64,000 nucleotides of DNA from Alphaproteobacteria bacterium. Its GTDB lineage: Bacteria > Pseudomonadota > Alphaproteobacteria > Rickettsiales > UBA1997. This document shows, in pieces, positions 1 through 8,953 of the stretch (positions are counted from its first letter, which is position 1; each line of letters starts with the position of its first letter). Below the pieces are notes generated by a model. It made no database searches. It saw only the letters and a program-made list of their open reading frames with translations, and had not been told where the DNA came from. The DNA lies in assembly GCA_014190355.1 (NCBI GenBank), contig BJGH01000001.1, positions 177,272-241,271 of the forward strand, in the 5' to 3' direction. A program made the translations under genes and the position numbers.

Positions 1-2809
1 TAAAAATGCCGAAAACGATGAAAATCTTCAAACAATTATTGCTAATATTTTTAGTGAAGTCAGCGAAGAAAGTCTTGAAGATCTGATTTTATTGGTTTTA
101 ACTCAAAAAGAAAAAATTAATCTATTACAACTTCAAACCAACAATTTTAAAAATTTTCCAAAAATTATTGAAAGTATTTTACAAATTCAATCCACTCAAG
201 ATCGCGATCAATTAATTAAAGAATTTACAGAAAAAATTGATTTAAAGAATCTTATTAAAATGGTTTACGACCTAGAAAATAGCGGAAAAAGAAATATTGA
301 TACTGCAAAAAAAATCGCTAAATTTCTAAACAACTCATCATTCTTGAACTTTGATTATTTGGTCAAAGGTTTTTTTAATGATGAAGGCAAACCCAGAAAA
401 TTATATGGTGAAATTGCTAAAATTAAAATTGAGGACATCTACCATGATCTTTGTAAAAAAACAAGAGATTTAATAGAAACCTATCAACAAAAAATAATTT
501 CACTTGAAATCGCTAGAAATACTTCAAATTTAATAGAATTAATTTCTCGAATTTTAGAAACTTACCAAAAAATTAAAAAAAACAATTCTTTTTTAGATTA
601 TGATGATTTGATATTTCAAACCAATAAACTTCTTGAGAATCCTGAATTTTCTTCTTGGGTAAAAATGAAAATGGATGGCAATTTTGATCATATCTTAATC
701 GATGAGTCACAAGATACTAATATGCAACAATGGCAAATTATTAAGGCTCTTAGCGAAGATTTTTTTAGTGGAGAAAGTAAGGCTAATAAACCAAGAAGTA
801 TCTTTATAGTTGGTGATGAAAAACAATCAATTTATTCATTCCAAGGATCAGAACCAGATATTAGTAGTAAAATTTATCAATATTTTTTAAATAAACTTGG
901 CAAAAACTTACAAAAAATTGAATTGAATAATTCCTTTCGCTCAACCAATGAAGTTTTACAATTAGTTGATGAAATTTTTAAGCAAAAACAATATTCATCT
1001 GCTATCTGCAAAGTAAGTAATTTTGAAAACCATCGACCAATCCGATTAGGAAATGGAAAAGTTACAATCCTTCAAAATATTCATTTCAAAGAACTTGATT
1101 CATTTCAACAAGAAAAAATAACTAACTATTATCAAAAAATTGGTTATAATTTTAATGATCAAGAAGAAGAAGCAATTTCTGATAGCTTTATTTTAGCTGA
1201 AATAATTGCTAAGAAAATTAGCTCATGGATTAATGATCAAAGAATTTTAACCAATAAAAATCGTCCAATAAGATTTGATGATATAATGATTTTGCTTAGA
1301 AACCGAACTAACTCACTGCCTCAAGCTTTATCACAAGCTTTTCATCGCTATCAAATTCCTTTTTCTTCTACAGCAAAAATTAAATTTAATGAAAATTTAA
1401 TAATTCAAGATATTCTTAGCATTGCAAATTTTGTTTGCTTAAATGTTAATGATTCTAACCTAGTTCACTTGCTAAAATCGCCTTTTTTTAATTTTAGTGA
1501 AGAACAAATTTTTTGTCTTTGCCAAAAGAGAAATGAACTAAATAAACCTCTAATTGAGGTAATTGAAAATTCTCAAACAATCAATTTACTTAATAATTTT
1601 ATTGAACTATCACAAAAATTTAATGCTTACGATTTTTATTTTTTAATATTAAATAAAAAAAATTTTCAAGAAAATTTTTACAGTAGATTTGGTAAACAAG
1701 CTAAGCAAATATTTGACAAATTTTTACTAAAATTAAATGATTTTAACCAAGACCAAAATCTTAATCTTCACAAACTTTTAGATCTAATTAATAAAATTGA
1801 TCCAGATATTAACCTTGACTCTTTTTCATCTAATTCGGTTAAAATTACCACCGTTCACTCTGCTAAAGGTCTTCAATCGCCAATTGTTATATTACCTGAT
1901 TGCAATCATGATTTAAATCGATCTGCTGATAACAAAGAAAATATTTTTTGGCTTGAACATTCACAAATTAGCATTCCTTTATGGTGTAAAAAAGATAGTG
2001 ATAAACATTTTTTAATTGACCATCTTAAACAGTTAAAAAAAGAATTGCGCAATGAAGAATATTTAAGACTTCTTTATGTTGCATTAACAAGAGCGGAAGA
2101 TGAAATTTATTTATCTGGTTTTGGTAAGACTACTGATCAAGAATCTTGGTATAACATAGTAAACAAATCATATGCTAGTTATTCATCGGTAATTAAATGT
2201 AGCGAACTAATTGATTTTTTATACCACGAAGATAACAACAAAAATAAAATTGAACATAATAATAATTTCAGTCTTGAAGATTTACAAAAAAATTTTTCGA
2301 CAAATCTAGTCTATGATGTCCACGAAGAAACTAAAAAAAACCAAAATAACTTTAATTTTTTCTGGCAAATTAAGGGGGAAATTATCCACGAAATATTAGA
2401 AATCATTGGCAATAACTATCAACAGGAAAAAAAATTTTTAATCAAATTATCTGAAGAATTAATAAGCAATAATAATTTTATTGATTCACAAACAAAATTA
2501 GAAATTAAAACTCTAGTTAATAATTTTATTTCTAGTGATCATTTTAATCAAATATTTAAAGGTAAAGTAGATTGTGAAATTGAAATTAGCGATGGATCAA
2601 AAATTTATCGAATAGATTTAATACGTTATTTTGATGATAAAATTTTAATAATTGATTATAAAAGTGACGAACTTATAACTTCACAAAATATAACTAAATA
2701 CAAAGAGCAACTTCAACAATATCAAGAAGTAATTTCAAAAGTTTATAATAACAAAAAAGTTGAAATTGCAATACTATGGATTAGACGTCTTGAGTTGCAG
2801 ATTTTATAA
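1..2809 (+). CDS. addA: Double-strand break repair helicase/nuclease AddA (5' end cut by window edge)
   Basis: The frame is open from nt 2 with no stop before the TTG at 92, so the gene continues upstream of the window. UvrD-type helicase motifs are present: LIDESQDTN, VGDEKQSIYSFQG, TVHSAKGLQSP, LLYVALTRAEDEIYL. A C-terminal PD-(D/E)XK-like nuclease segment follows (RIDLIRYFDDKILIIDYKSD). Confidence 0.8.
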   Translation, partial: KNAENDENLQTIIANIFSEVSEESLEDLILLVLTQKEKINLLQLQTNNFKNFPKIIESILQIQSTQDRDQLIKEFTEKIDLKNLIKMVYDLENSGKRNIDTAKKIAKFLNNSSFLNFDYLVKGFFNDEGKPRKLYGEIAKIKIEDIYHDLCKKTRDLIETYQQKIISLEIARNTSNLIELISRILETYQKIKKNNSFLDYDDLIFQTNKLLENPEFSSWVKMKMDGNFDHILIDESQDTNMQQWQIIKALSEDFFSGESKANKPRSIFIVGDEKQSIYSFQGSEPDISSKIYQYFLNKLGKNLQKIELNNSFRSTNEVLQLVDEIFKQKQYSSAICKVSNFENHRPIRLGNGKVTILQNIHFKELDSFQQEKITNYYQKIGYNFNDQEEEAISDSFILAEIIAKKISSWINDQRILTNKNRPIRFDDIMILLRNRTNSLPQALSQAFHRYQIPFSSTAKIKFNENLIIQDILSIANFVCLNVNDSNLVHLLKSPFFNFSEEQIFCLCQKRNELNKPLIEVIENSQTINLLNNFIELSQKFNAYDFYFLILNKKNFQENFYSRFGKQAKQIFDKFLLKLNDFNQDQNLNLHKLLDLINKIDPDINLDSFSSNSVKITTVHSAKGLQSPIVILPDCNHDLNRSADNKENIFWLEHSQISIPLWCKKDSDKHFLIDHLKQLKKELRNEEYLRLLYVALTRAEDEIYLSGFGKTTDQESWYNIVNKSYASYSSVIKCSELIDFLYHEDNNKNKIEHNNNFSLEDLQKNFSTNLVYDVHEETKKNQNNFNFFWQIKGEIIHEILEIIGNNYQQEKKFLIKLSEELISNNNFIDSQTKLEIKTLVNNFISSDHFNQIFKGKVDCEIEISDGSKIYRIDLIRYFDDKILIIDYKSDELITSQNITKYKEQLQQYQEVISKVYNNKKVEIAILWIRRLELQIL

Positions 2810-2897
2810 GAGATTGTGATACTTGCAAATTGTTTTAAATTAAATAAAATATTTCCTAGAAAAATAATTAATTCTTATAAAATAACAAATTAATAAT

Positions 2898-5354
2898 ATG
2901 AAATTTACTCTTTCAAGCTTAAAAGATTTTCTTGAAACTGATGCTTCATTAAATGAAATCTGCCAAAAACTTACAGCAATTGGTCTAGAAGTTGAATCAG
3001 TTATTGATCAAGGAGCAATTCTTAATCAATTTAGCGTTGCAAAAGTAATTAGTTGCGAAAATCACCCAAACTCTAGCAAGCTCAAGATTTGTCAAGTCGA
3101 AGTTGTTAACAATTCACAACCTTTGCAAATTGTCTGCGCAGCAAGTAATGTAAGAGCGGGCATTAAAGTTGCATATGCTAAAATCGACTCGGTAATTCCT
3201 GCTTCAAAGATGGTTATTAAAAAAGCAAAAATTGCTGGAGTTGAAAGCAATGGTATGCTTTGCTCTGCTCAAGAATTAGAATTAGGTAATGATCACCAAG
3301 GAATTATTGAAATTGATGATAAGTTTGAAATTGGCCAAAAAATCAGCGAAGTATATCAAAAAAATGATGCCATAATTGAAATATATGTTACTCCAAATCG
3401 TGCAGATTGCCTTGGATTATATGGTATTGCCCGAGATCTAAGTGCTTGTGGATTAGGAAAATTAAAAAAAATTACTACTTCAAAAATTGAAGGTGATTTT
3501 GCAATTAAACTACAAATCGAAAATGAAAATTTTGATGCTTGTAATTACGCAATTTTTCGACAAATTAAAAATATTAAAAACTGCCAATCACCTCAATGGC
3601 TTAGAGATAAAATGCAAGCAATAGGTTTCAATTCAATCTCAGCAATTGTTGATATTACAAATTATGTTATGCATCTTACATCGCAGCCAATGCATGCCTA
3701 CGATACTAATAAAACCAATCAAAAAATATCAATTGGCTATGCTAAAAATTTCAATGAATTTACTTCTTTACAAAACCAAAATTATAAAGTTGATAGCGAT
3801 ATTTTAACCATTAAAGATCAAGAAAAAATATTGGCAATTGCTGGAGTTATTGGCTCAGCTCACAGCTCATGTCAAGAAAACACTTGCGATATTATTCTCG
3901 AATCAGCAAGTTTTAATTGTCACGAAGTTACTAAATCTGGAAGAAAATTAAATATCTTAAGTGAATCCCGACATCGCTTTGAAAGAGTTAGCGATCCATA
4001 TAACTGTGAATTGGCTATTGATCTTGCAAGCAATTTAATTTTAGAAATTTGTGCAGATAAAAACTCTCAGGTAAGTTATAAAAAAATTATTGGCGAATTG
4101 CCGAAGATTCGTAAAATTAACTTTAATTTTGAAAAATTTGTAAAAATAATTGGCTTTGCCGTTGATCAAAATCAGGCTAAAAAAATTCTTTTAGACTTGG
4201 GTTTTGAATGCGATGATAGCTTTAATATTTCAATCCCAAGCTATCGAAATGATATTAATATTGATGAAGATATTATCGAAGAAATAATTAGAATTTATGG
4301 CTATGATTTCATCAAAGCCAAACCAATATTAGACATTAATAGTTACAAACCATCTTTAACTTCACATAAAAATAAATCAAAAAACCAAGAAACCAAAAAT
4401 CATCAAGATTTTCAAATAAAGTTTAATAACTCTTCTTTTTTAAATTATTATTCCCATAAAATTAACAATTGCCTTATCAATCGAGCGATGAATGAAACCA
4501 TTAATTGGGCTTTTGTTGATAACAATATCGCTAAATTATTTTATGAAAATAAACCTGAGTTATTTCTAGAAAATCCAGTTTCCAGTGAAATGAATTATCT
4601 ACGCCCCACTCTGTTGATTGGGCTGATTAATAGTTATCAGAAAAATGCTTCACGCAGTCATACCAACCTTAGCTTATTTGAGATTGGCAATATTTTTCTC
4701 AATCTCAACCATCAACAATTATCAGTTGCAGGTCTTCGCTCAGGAAAAAACTGCGAAGCCAATCACCATCATACGAGTCGAGATTTTGATGTCTTTGATG
4801 TTAAAGCTGATTTTATAGCATGCCTGGATGCAATTAACTTAAAAACTAATAATTTAGAATTTACTCAAAATAATATTCCATCATACTATCACCCTCATCG
4901 CAGTGCTTCAATATTTATTGGTAAAAATATTTTAGGTTATTGTGGTGAAATTCATCCAGCTTTAAGCCAAAAATTAACTAATAAAAATCGCCTTAACTTC
5001 TTTGAAATTTTCCTTGATGATCAAATAATTAGTAAAAAACAAACTGTTTTCAAAGCATACATTGCTAATGACTATCCAGTAGTTGATCGCGATTTTGCTT
5101 TTATTGTTGATAAAGATTTACCGGTAAATGATCTAGTTAGAGCAATTGCCAGTAGCGATAAAAATCTTATTAAATCAGTTAATATTTTTGATATATTTAG
5201 CGGTAAAAATATTGAACAAGATAAAAAATCAGTAGCTTTAAATGTTAAAATTCAAGCAGAAGATAGAACACTTATAACTTCAGAAATTGATCAGCTAAGT
5301 AAAAAAATAATTGATGATGCAAATATTAAATGTAATGCCCATTTAAGAAGTTAA
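2898..5354 (+). CDS. pheT: Phenylalanine--tRNA ligase beta subunit
   Basis: 818 aa. The N-terminal tRNA-binding (EMAP-like) domain carries HPNSSKLKICQV and GVESNGMLCS. The layout then follows B3/4, B5 and a C-terminal anticodon-binding domain, typical of bacterial PheT. Confidence 0.95.
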   Translation: MKFTLSSLKDFLETDASLNEICQKLTAIGLEVESVIDQGAILNQFSVAKVISCENHPNSSKLKICQVEVVNNSQPLQIVCAASNVRAGIKVAYAKIDSVIPASKMVIKKAKIAGVESNGMLCSAQELELGNDHQGIIEIDDKFEIGQKISEVYQKNDAIIEIYVTPNRADCLGLYGIARDLSACGLGKLKKITTSKIEGDFAIKLQIENENFDACNYAIFRQIKNIKNCQSPQWLRDKMQAIGFNSISAIVDITNYVMHLTSQPMHAYDTNKTNQKISIGYAKNFNEFTSLQNQNYKVDSDILTIKDQEKILAIAGVIGSAHSSCQENTCDIILESASFNCHEVTKSGRKLNILSESRHRFERVSDPYNCELAIDLASNLILEICADKNSQVSYKKIIGELPKIRKINFNFEKFVKIIGFAVDQNQAKKILLDLGFECDDSFNISIPSYRNDINIDEDIIEEIIRIYGYDFIKAKPILDINSYKPSLTSHKNKSKNQETKNHQDFQIKFNNSSFLNYYSHKINNCLINRAMNETINWAFVDNNIAKLFYENKPELFLENPVSSEMNYLRPTLLIGLINSYQKNASRSHTNLSLFEIGNIFLNLNHQQLSVAGLRSGKNCEANHHHTSRDFDVFDVKADFIACLDAINLKTNNLEFTQNNIPSYYHPHRSASIFIGKNILGYCGEIHPALSQKLTNKNRLNFFEIFLDDQIISKKQTVFKAYIANDYPVVDRDFAFIVDKDLPVNDLVRAIASSDKNLIKSVNIFDIFSGKNIEQDKKSVALNVKIQAEDRTLITSEIDQLSKKIIDDANIKCNAHLRS

Positions 5355-5520
5355 ATATTTTTTTAAAAATTACCAAAATCCTTAAATCAATATTTCAATT
5401 TGAAAGTCAAATATCAAAAAATTTAGATGAATAAAAATATATTTATTTAATTGTTATAAAAAGATTTAGAAGAATTTTCTTAACTAAGTTTTTTTAGATT
5501 TATAAACAACTAGCTTTTAA

Positions 5521-5817
5521 TTATTTACCACCACGACCATAAAAAGGACCTTCATCAAGTCGTCGCAACATATCTTGAATCCTTACCATATTTTCCCGTT
5601 CAAGAGGTCTTAAATCAACTGCGCCTTGTTGATTCATTGTCATATTTTGTACAAGAGGTCTTGGTAATTCATGTGTATCAGTATTTGGATTGCCATTATT
5701 TAGATTACCATTATTTTCAGTATAATTAGGGCTAATATTTGGATTACCATTATTTTCATTATTATCACTAGAATCGCTATTATTTGGATTACCATTTGTT
5801 GAATTGCTATTATTCAT
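5521..5817 (-). CDS. Hypothetical small protein with an Asn-rich N-terminal half
   Basis: 98-aa ORF. The first ~45 aa are NGNPN-type low complexity. The C-terminal half is non-repetitive (HELPRPLVQNMTMNQQGAVDLRPLERENMVRIQDMLRRLDEGPFYGRGGK). I recognise no family. Confidence 0.4.
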   Translation of the reverse strand: MNNSNSTNGNPNNSDSSDNNENNGNPNISPNYTENNGNLNNGNPNTDTHELPRPLVQNMTMNQQGAVDLRPLERENMVRIQDMLRRLDEGPFYGRGGK

Positions 5818-5916
5818 AAGCTTAATAATTATTTAGTTAAATTAGATTATCATCAACCACAAACTTATAAAAATCAATATTTTTTAATATTTAATTATCA
5901 ATTTTTAAGACGCCAT

Positions 5917-6960
5917 TTATTTGGAAGATGAGCTGTTTTTAAAAAAATTAGCACAAGAAATTAGTTGATCCATGACTAAATCAATTTCTTGTTTAGATTG
6001 ATCAAAAAATATATTGGTTTTTTTTCTTAGATTTGTTAAAGACTCACTTATTTGTGGAATATTTTGTAATTCTTTTAAAAATAACTCTCGATAATAATTC
6101 TTAATTTCTGTTAGTTTTGAAGAATTATCAATAATTTCTTGATAATTTGTAGCATAATCTAGGTAACCAAGAACAGCCCCAACTCCAATTTCATATGGCA
6201 AAATTATAATCAAAATTAGAATAAAATCTGCTCTATTTTTAAAAATAAAACCGTCACAATTTAGCTTATTACGAATTATTGATATATTTTCATATAAATT
6301 GGCTCCAACATAATTTATTATTGGATCTTTATTGCTTTGAATAAATTCATAACACAATTCAAATGAATTATCTTTTTCAGAAAATTTTAAAATATTTTTC
6401 CCTAAAAAGTTCGCTCTGGATAAATGGTAATTTAAAAATTTTTGAATGTTATCATAGATTGATGACTTTATCGCTAAATCGTCTTTATCATCACAATCAT
6501 TCTGGGAAATTATTTGCATAACTCTCGAGATCGTTTTAATAACTCTCTCTTCTTTCATATAAACTCTTCCCACGGTATTTTTTTTGCTTTTAAGAAACTC
6601 AAAAAATTTATCAAACTTAACAAGATATGGTAAGCGCTTTTCTAAATCAATTTGATTATTTATTAAAACAATATAAATACTGTTAAGCCATATTTCAAAA
6701 GCACTGTCTATATATAAATTATTTTCATTAACTATTTGGGCAATTGCATTGAACTTGATGAGAGTATCCTGATTTGGATCATTAATAATTATTGTATATT
6801 TTTTAAAAAAATTAAAAATTTTATCGCTAGGGATTGAGTCCTCATTGATAAGAACACTAAGTATTTTAAAAAACTCAATGTTTTTAATTCTTAAAATATC
6901 TTTATAACTAGGATATTGATTAGCTTCTATATAGTCTTGATTTTCTTGATTAGTTTGCAT
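5917..6960 (-). CDS. Hypothetical protein with one predicted TM segment
   Basis: 347-aa ORF with no overlapping alternative. One hydrophobic stretch (FILILIIILPYEIGVGAVLGYL). No recognisable motif. Confidence 0.5.
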   Translation of the reverse strand: MQTNQENQDYIEANQYPSYKDILRIKNIEFFKILSVLINEDSIPSDKIFNFFKKYTIIINDPNQDTLIKFNAIAQIVNENNLYIDSAFEIWLNSIYIVLINNQIDLEKRLPYLVKFDKFFEFLKSKKNTVGRVYMKEERVIKTISRVMQIISQNDCDDKDDLAIKSSIYDNIQKFLNYHLSRANFLGKNILKFSEKDNSFELCYEFIQSNKDPIINYVGANLYENISIIRNKLNCDGFIFKNRADFILILIIILPYEIGVGAVLGYLDYATNYQEIIDNSSKLTEIKNYYRELFLKELQNIPQISESLTNLRKKTNIFFDQSKQEIDLVMDQLISCANFFKNSSSSK

Positions 6961-7073
6961 AAAATTTCAATTAACACATATTAAATTTAACAAATAATTA
7001 GTTAATTCAAAGTTATTTTTAATTTAAATTTCAAAAAAACACTATAACAAACATATCAAGATTAAGTTAGAAG

Positions 7074-7150
7074 TGGTGGGTGGTAGAGAACTCGAATCTC
7101 CGACCTCTACGATGTCAACGTAACGCTCTAACCAACTGAGCTAACCACCC
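7074..7150 (-). tRNA. tRNA-Val (anticodon GAC), CCA encoded
   Basis: The reverse complement GGGTGGTTAGCTCAGTTGGTTAGAGCGTTACGTTGACATCGTAGAGGTCGGAGATTCGAGTTCTCTACCACCCACCA folds as a cloverleaf. The acceptor stem GGGTGGT/ACCACCC is perfect, the anticodon loop is TTGACAT and the T-loop is TTCGAGT. Confidence 0.9.
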
Positions 7151-7236
7151 GTATGTATGTAAAATAAATAATTTAATATTAAAATTTTATTAAAGATATT
7201 TTAAAGACAATTTTTTAAAAAAGAATAATAAAAAAT

Positions 7237-7947
7237 ATGAAAAAAGCAATAATTTTATTAAGTGGTGGACTGGACTCTGCAACTATTAGTGCCATAGCTA
7301 AATCACAAGGTTACGAATTATTTGGATTAAGTTTTTATTATGGTCAACGTCACGAGATAGAAATTGATTGTGCAAAAAAAATTGCCAATTTTTTCAACTT
7401 CTCAGAACACAAAATTGCCAAAATTGATCTAAAAATTTTTGGACACTCGGCATTAACCGATGATATTGAAGTTCCAAAATCAAATCAGCCCTATTTTGAA
7501 AATATTCAAGATGATTTGCGACCAACACCAATTACTTATGTTCCTGCTCGTAACACCATTTTTCTATCCTATGCCTTAGCTTATGGAGAGGTTCTTAAAG
7601 CTTTTGATATTTTTATTGGCGTTAACTCAATTGACTATAGCGGATATGTTGATTGCCGAAAAGAATTTATTGATGCATTTACAAATTTAGCTAACCTAGC
7701 TACCGATATTACAGTTAAAAATAATGCAAAATTTGAAATTCATGCTCCTTTAGTCAATATGGATAAAAAAACAATAATTACAACCGGATTAAATCTTGGG
7801 GTTGATTACAGCTTGACTCATTCTTGTTACGATCCAAGGATAATTGATGGCAAGGTATACAGTTGTGGAAGATGTGAGTCATGCAGAATTAGACTCAATG
7901 GTTTTAAAAATGCCAATGCTTCAGACAAAATCCTATATCAATTATAA
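7237..7947 (+). CDS. queC: 7-cyano-7-deazaguanine synthase
   Basis: 236 aa. N-terminal PP-loop LLSGGLDS and a C-terminal zinc cluster (HSCYDP...CGRCESCRIR), as expected for QueC. Confidence 0.9.
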   Translation: MKKAIILLSGGLDSATISAIAKSQGYELFGLSFYYGQRHEIEIDCAKKIANFFNFSEHKIAKIDLKIFGHSALTDDIEVPKSNQPYFENIQDDLRPTPITYVPARNTIFLSYALAYGEVLKAFDIFIGVNSIDYSGYVDCRKEFIDAFTNLANLATDITVKNNAKFEIHAPLVNMDKKTIITTGLNLGVDYSLTHSCYDPRIIDGKVYSCGRCESCRIRLNGFKNANASDKILYQL

Positions 7948-8104
7948 AAAATAAAGTAAATTTATTCAATCCCCAATTTATTTAATCACAAGAGTATTTA
8001 AAATATTAATTATAGATCGAATCTTGCCGAAATTAAAATGCTTTAGTTAAAAATATATTCAGTATTATCGTTTCAAAAGATTCAAGATATTTTATATTCA
8101 TATT

Positions 8105-8794
8105 TTACTTATCTAGCTCTTTTGATAATGCATTAATCAATAATAGTGAAAAATTACTTGCCCTTTCATTAAATTGATTAATTTTTGCCGCAAAAATATT
8201 ATAAAAAAATACAGCTGGAATTGCCGCAAATAAACCTATTGCCGTAGCTAGAAGGCTTTCTGCAATCCCTGGAGCAACAACTGCTAGGCTAGTATTTTTA
8301 GATACTGCAATCGCTTGAAAAGAATTTAAAATCCCCCACACTGTTCCAAACAAACCTACAAATGGCGCAGAAGAGCCAATAATTGCCATATAATTTAGCC
8401 CAGATTCAAGCTTAATCAACGATCTATTTGTGGCAACTGTCATAGCATTAGCCAATCGTTCTTTCAAAGCAGATTTTTTATCTACTCCATCACTCATGAT
8501 TTGCTTGATATTGTTTAACTTCCACTCTTTAATACAAGCCAAAAAAATTCTTGCCAATGGATGATTATCATTGTTTTTAGTTTTATTAAAAACCTCTTCA
8601 ATCTTAGCACCATTTTCAAAATACTCCTCAAACTCATCGCTTCTCTTTTTTAAAATTCTAAATTTTAATATTTTATCAAAAATTAAAGCCCATGAAAACA
8701 GGGAGGCAAAAACTAGGGCAAGAATAACTATCTGCACAATAATATCAGCTTGGATCAACAAATTTAAAACCGAAATCGATGAATTATTAGTCAT
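8105..8794 (-). CDS. tolQ: Tol-Pal system protein TolQ (MotA/TolQ/ExbB proton channel family)
   Basis: 229 aa with three TM segments. The conserved C-terminal core is FVGLFGTVWGILNSF...VVAPGIAESLLATAIGLFAAIPAV. Confidence 0.85.
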   Translation of the reverse strand: MTNNSSISVLNLLIQADIIVQIVILALVFASLFSWALIFDKILKFRILKKRSDEFEEYFENGAKIEEVFNKTKNNDNHPLARIFLACIKEWKLNNIKQIMSDGVDKKSALKERLANAMTVATNRSLIKLESGLNYMAIIGSSAPFVGLFGTVWGILNSFQAIAVSKNTSLAVVAPGIAESLLATAIGLFAAIPAVFFYNIFAAKINQFNERASNFSLLLINALSKELDK

Positions 8795-8953
8795 TAAATA
8801 ATTATTAAGTTTACGAAAGAATTAAAAAGTAATATTAAAAAAAACTTTAAATAATTCAGCAAGATTTTTTTAAATGTATTATATTGGATAAAAAAATTTT
8901 AACTAATTAAGTAAAATATCTTCAAATCTTTCGATAAAAACTTTGAGATAATT

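Noticed and set aside
5355-5520. Search for an att-like duplicate of the tRNA-Val(GAC) 3' end beyond the two orphan genes
   Set aside because: No copy of the tRNA 3' sequence (TGGTGGGTGG... on the + strand) is present. There is no evidence that 5521-6960 is an integrated element.
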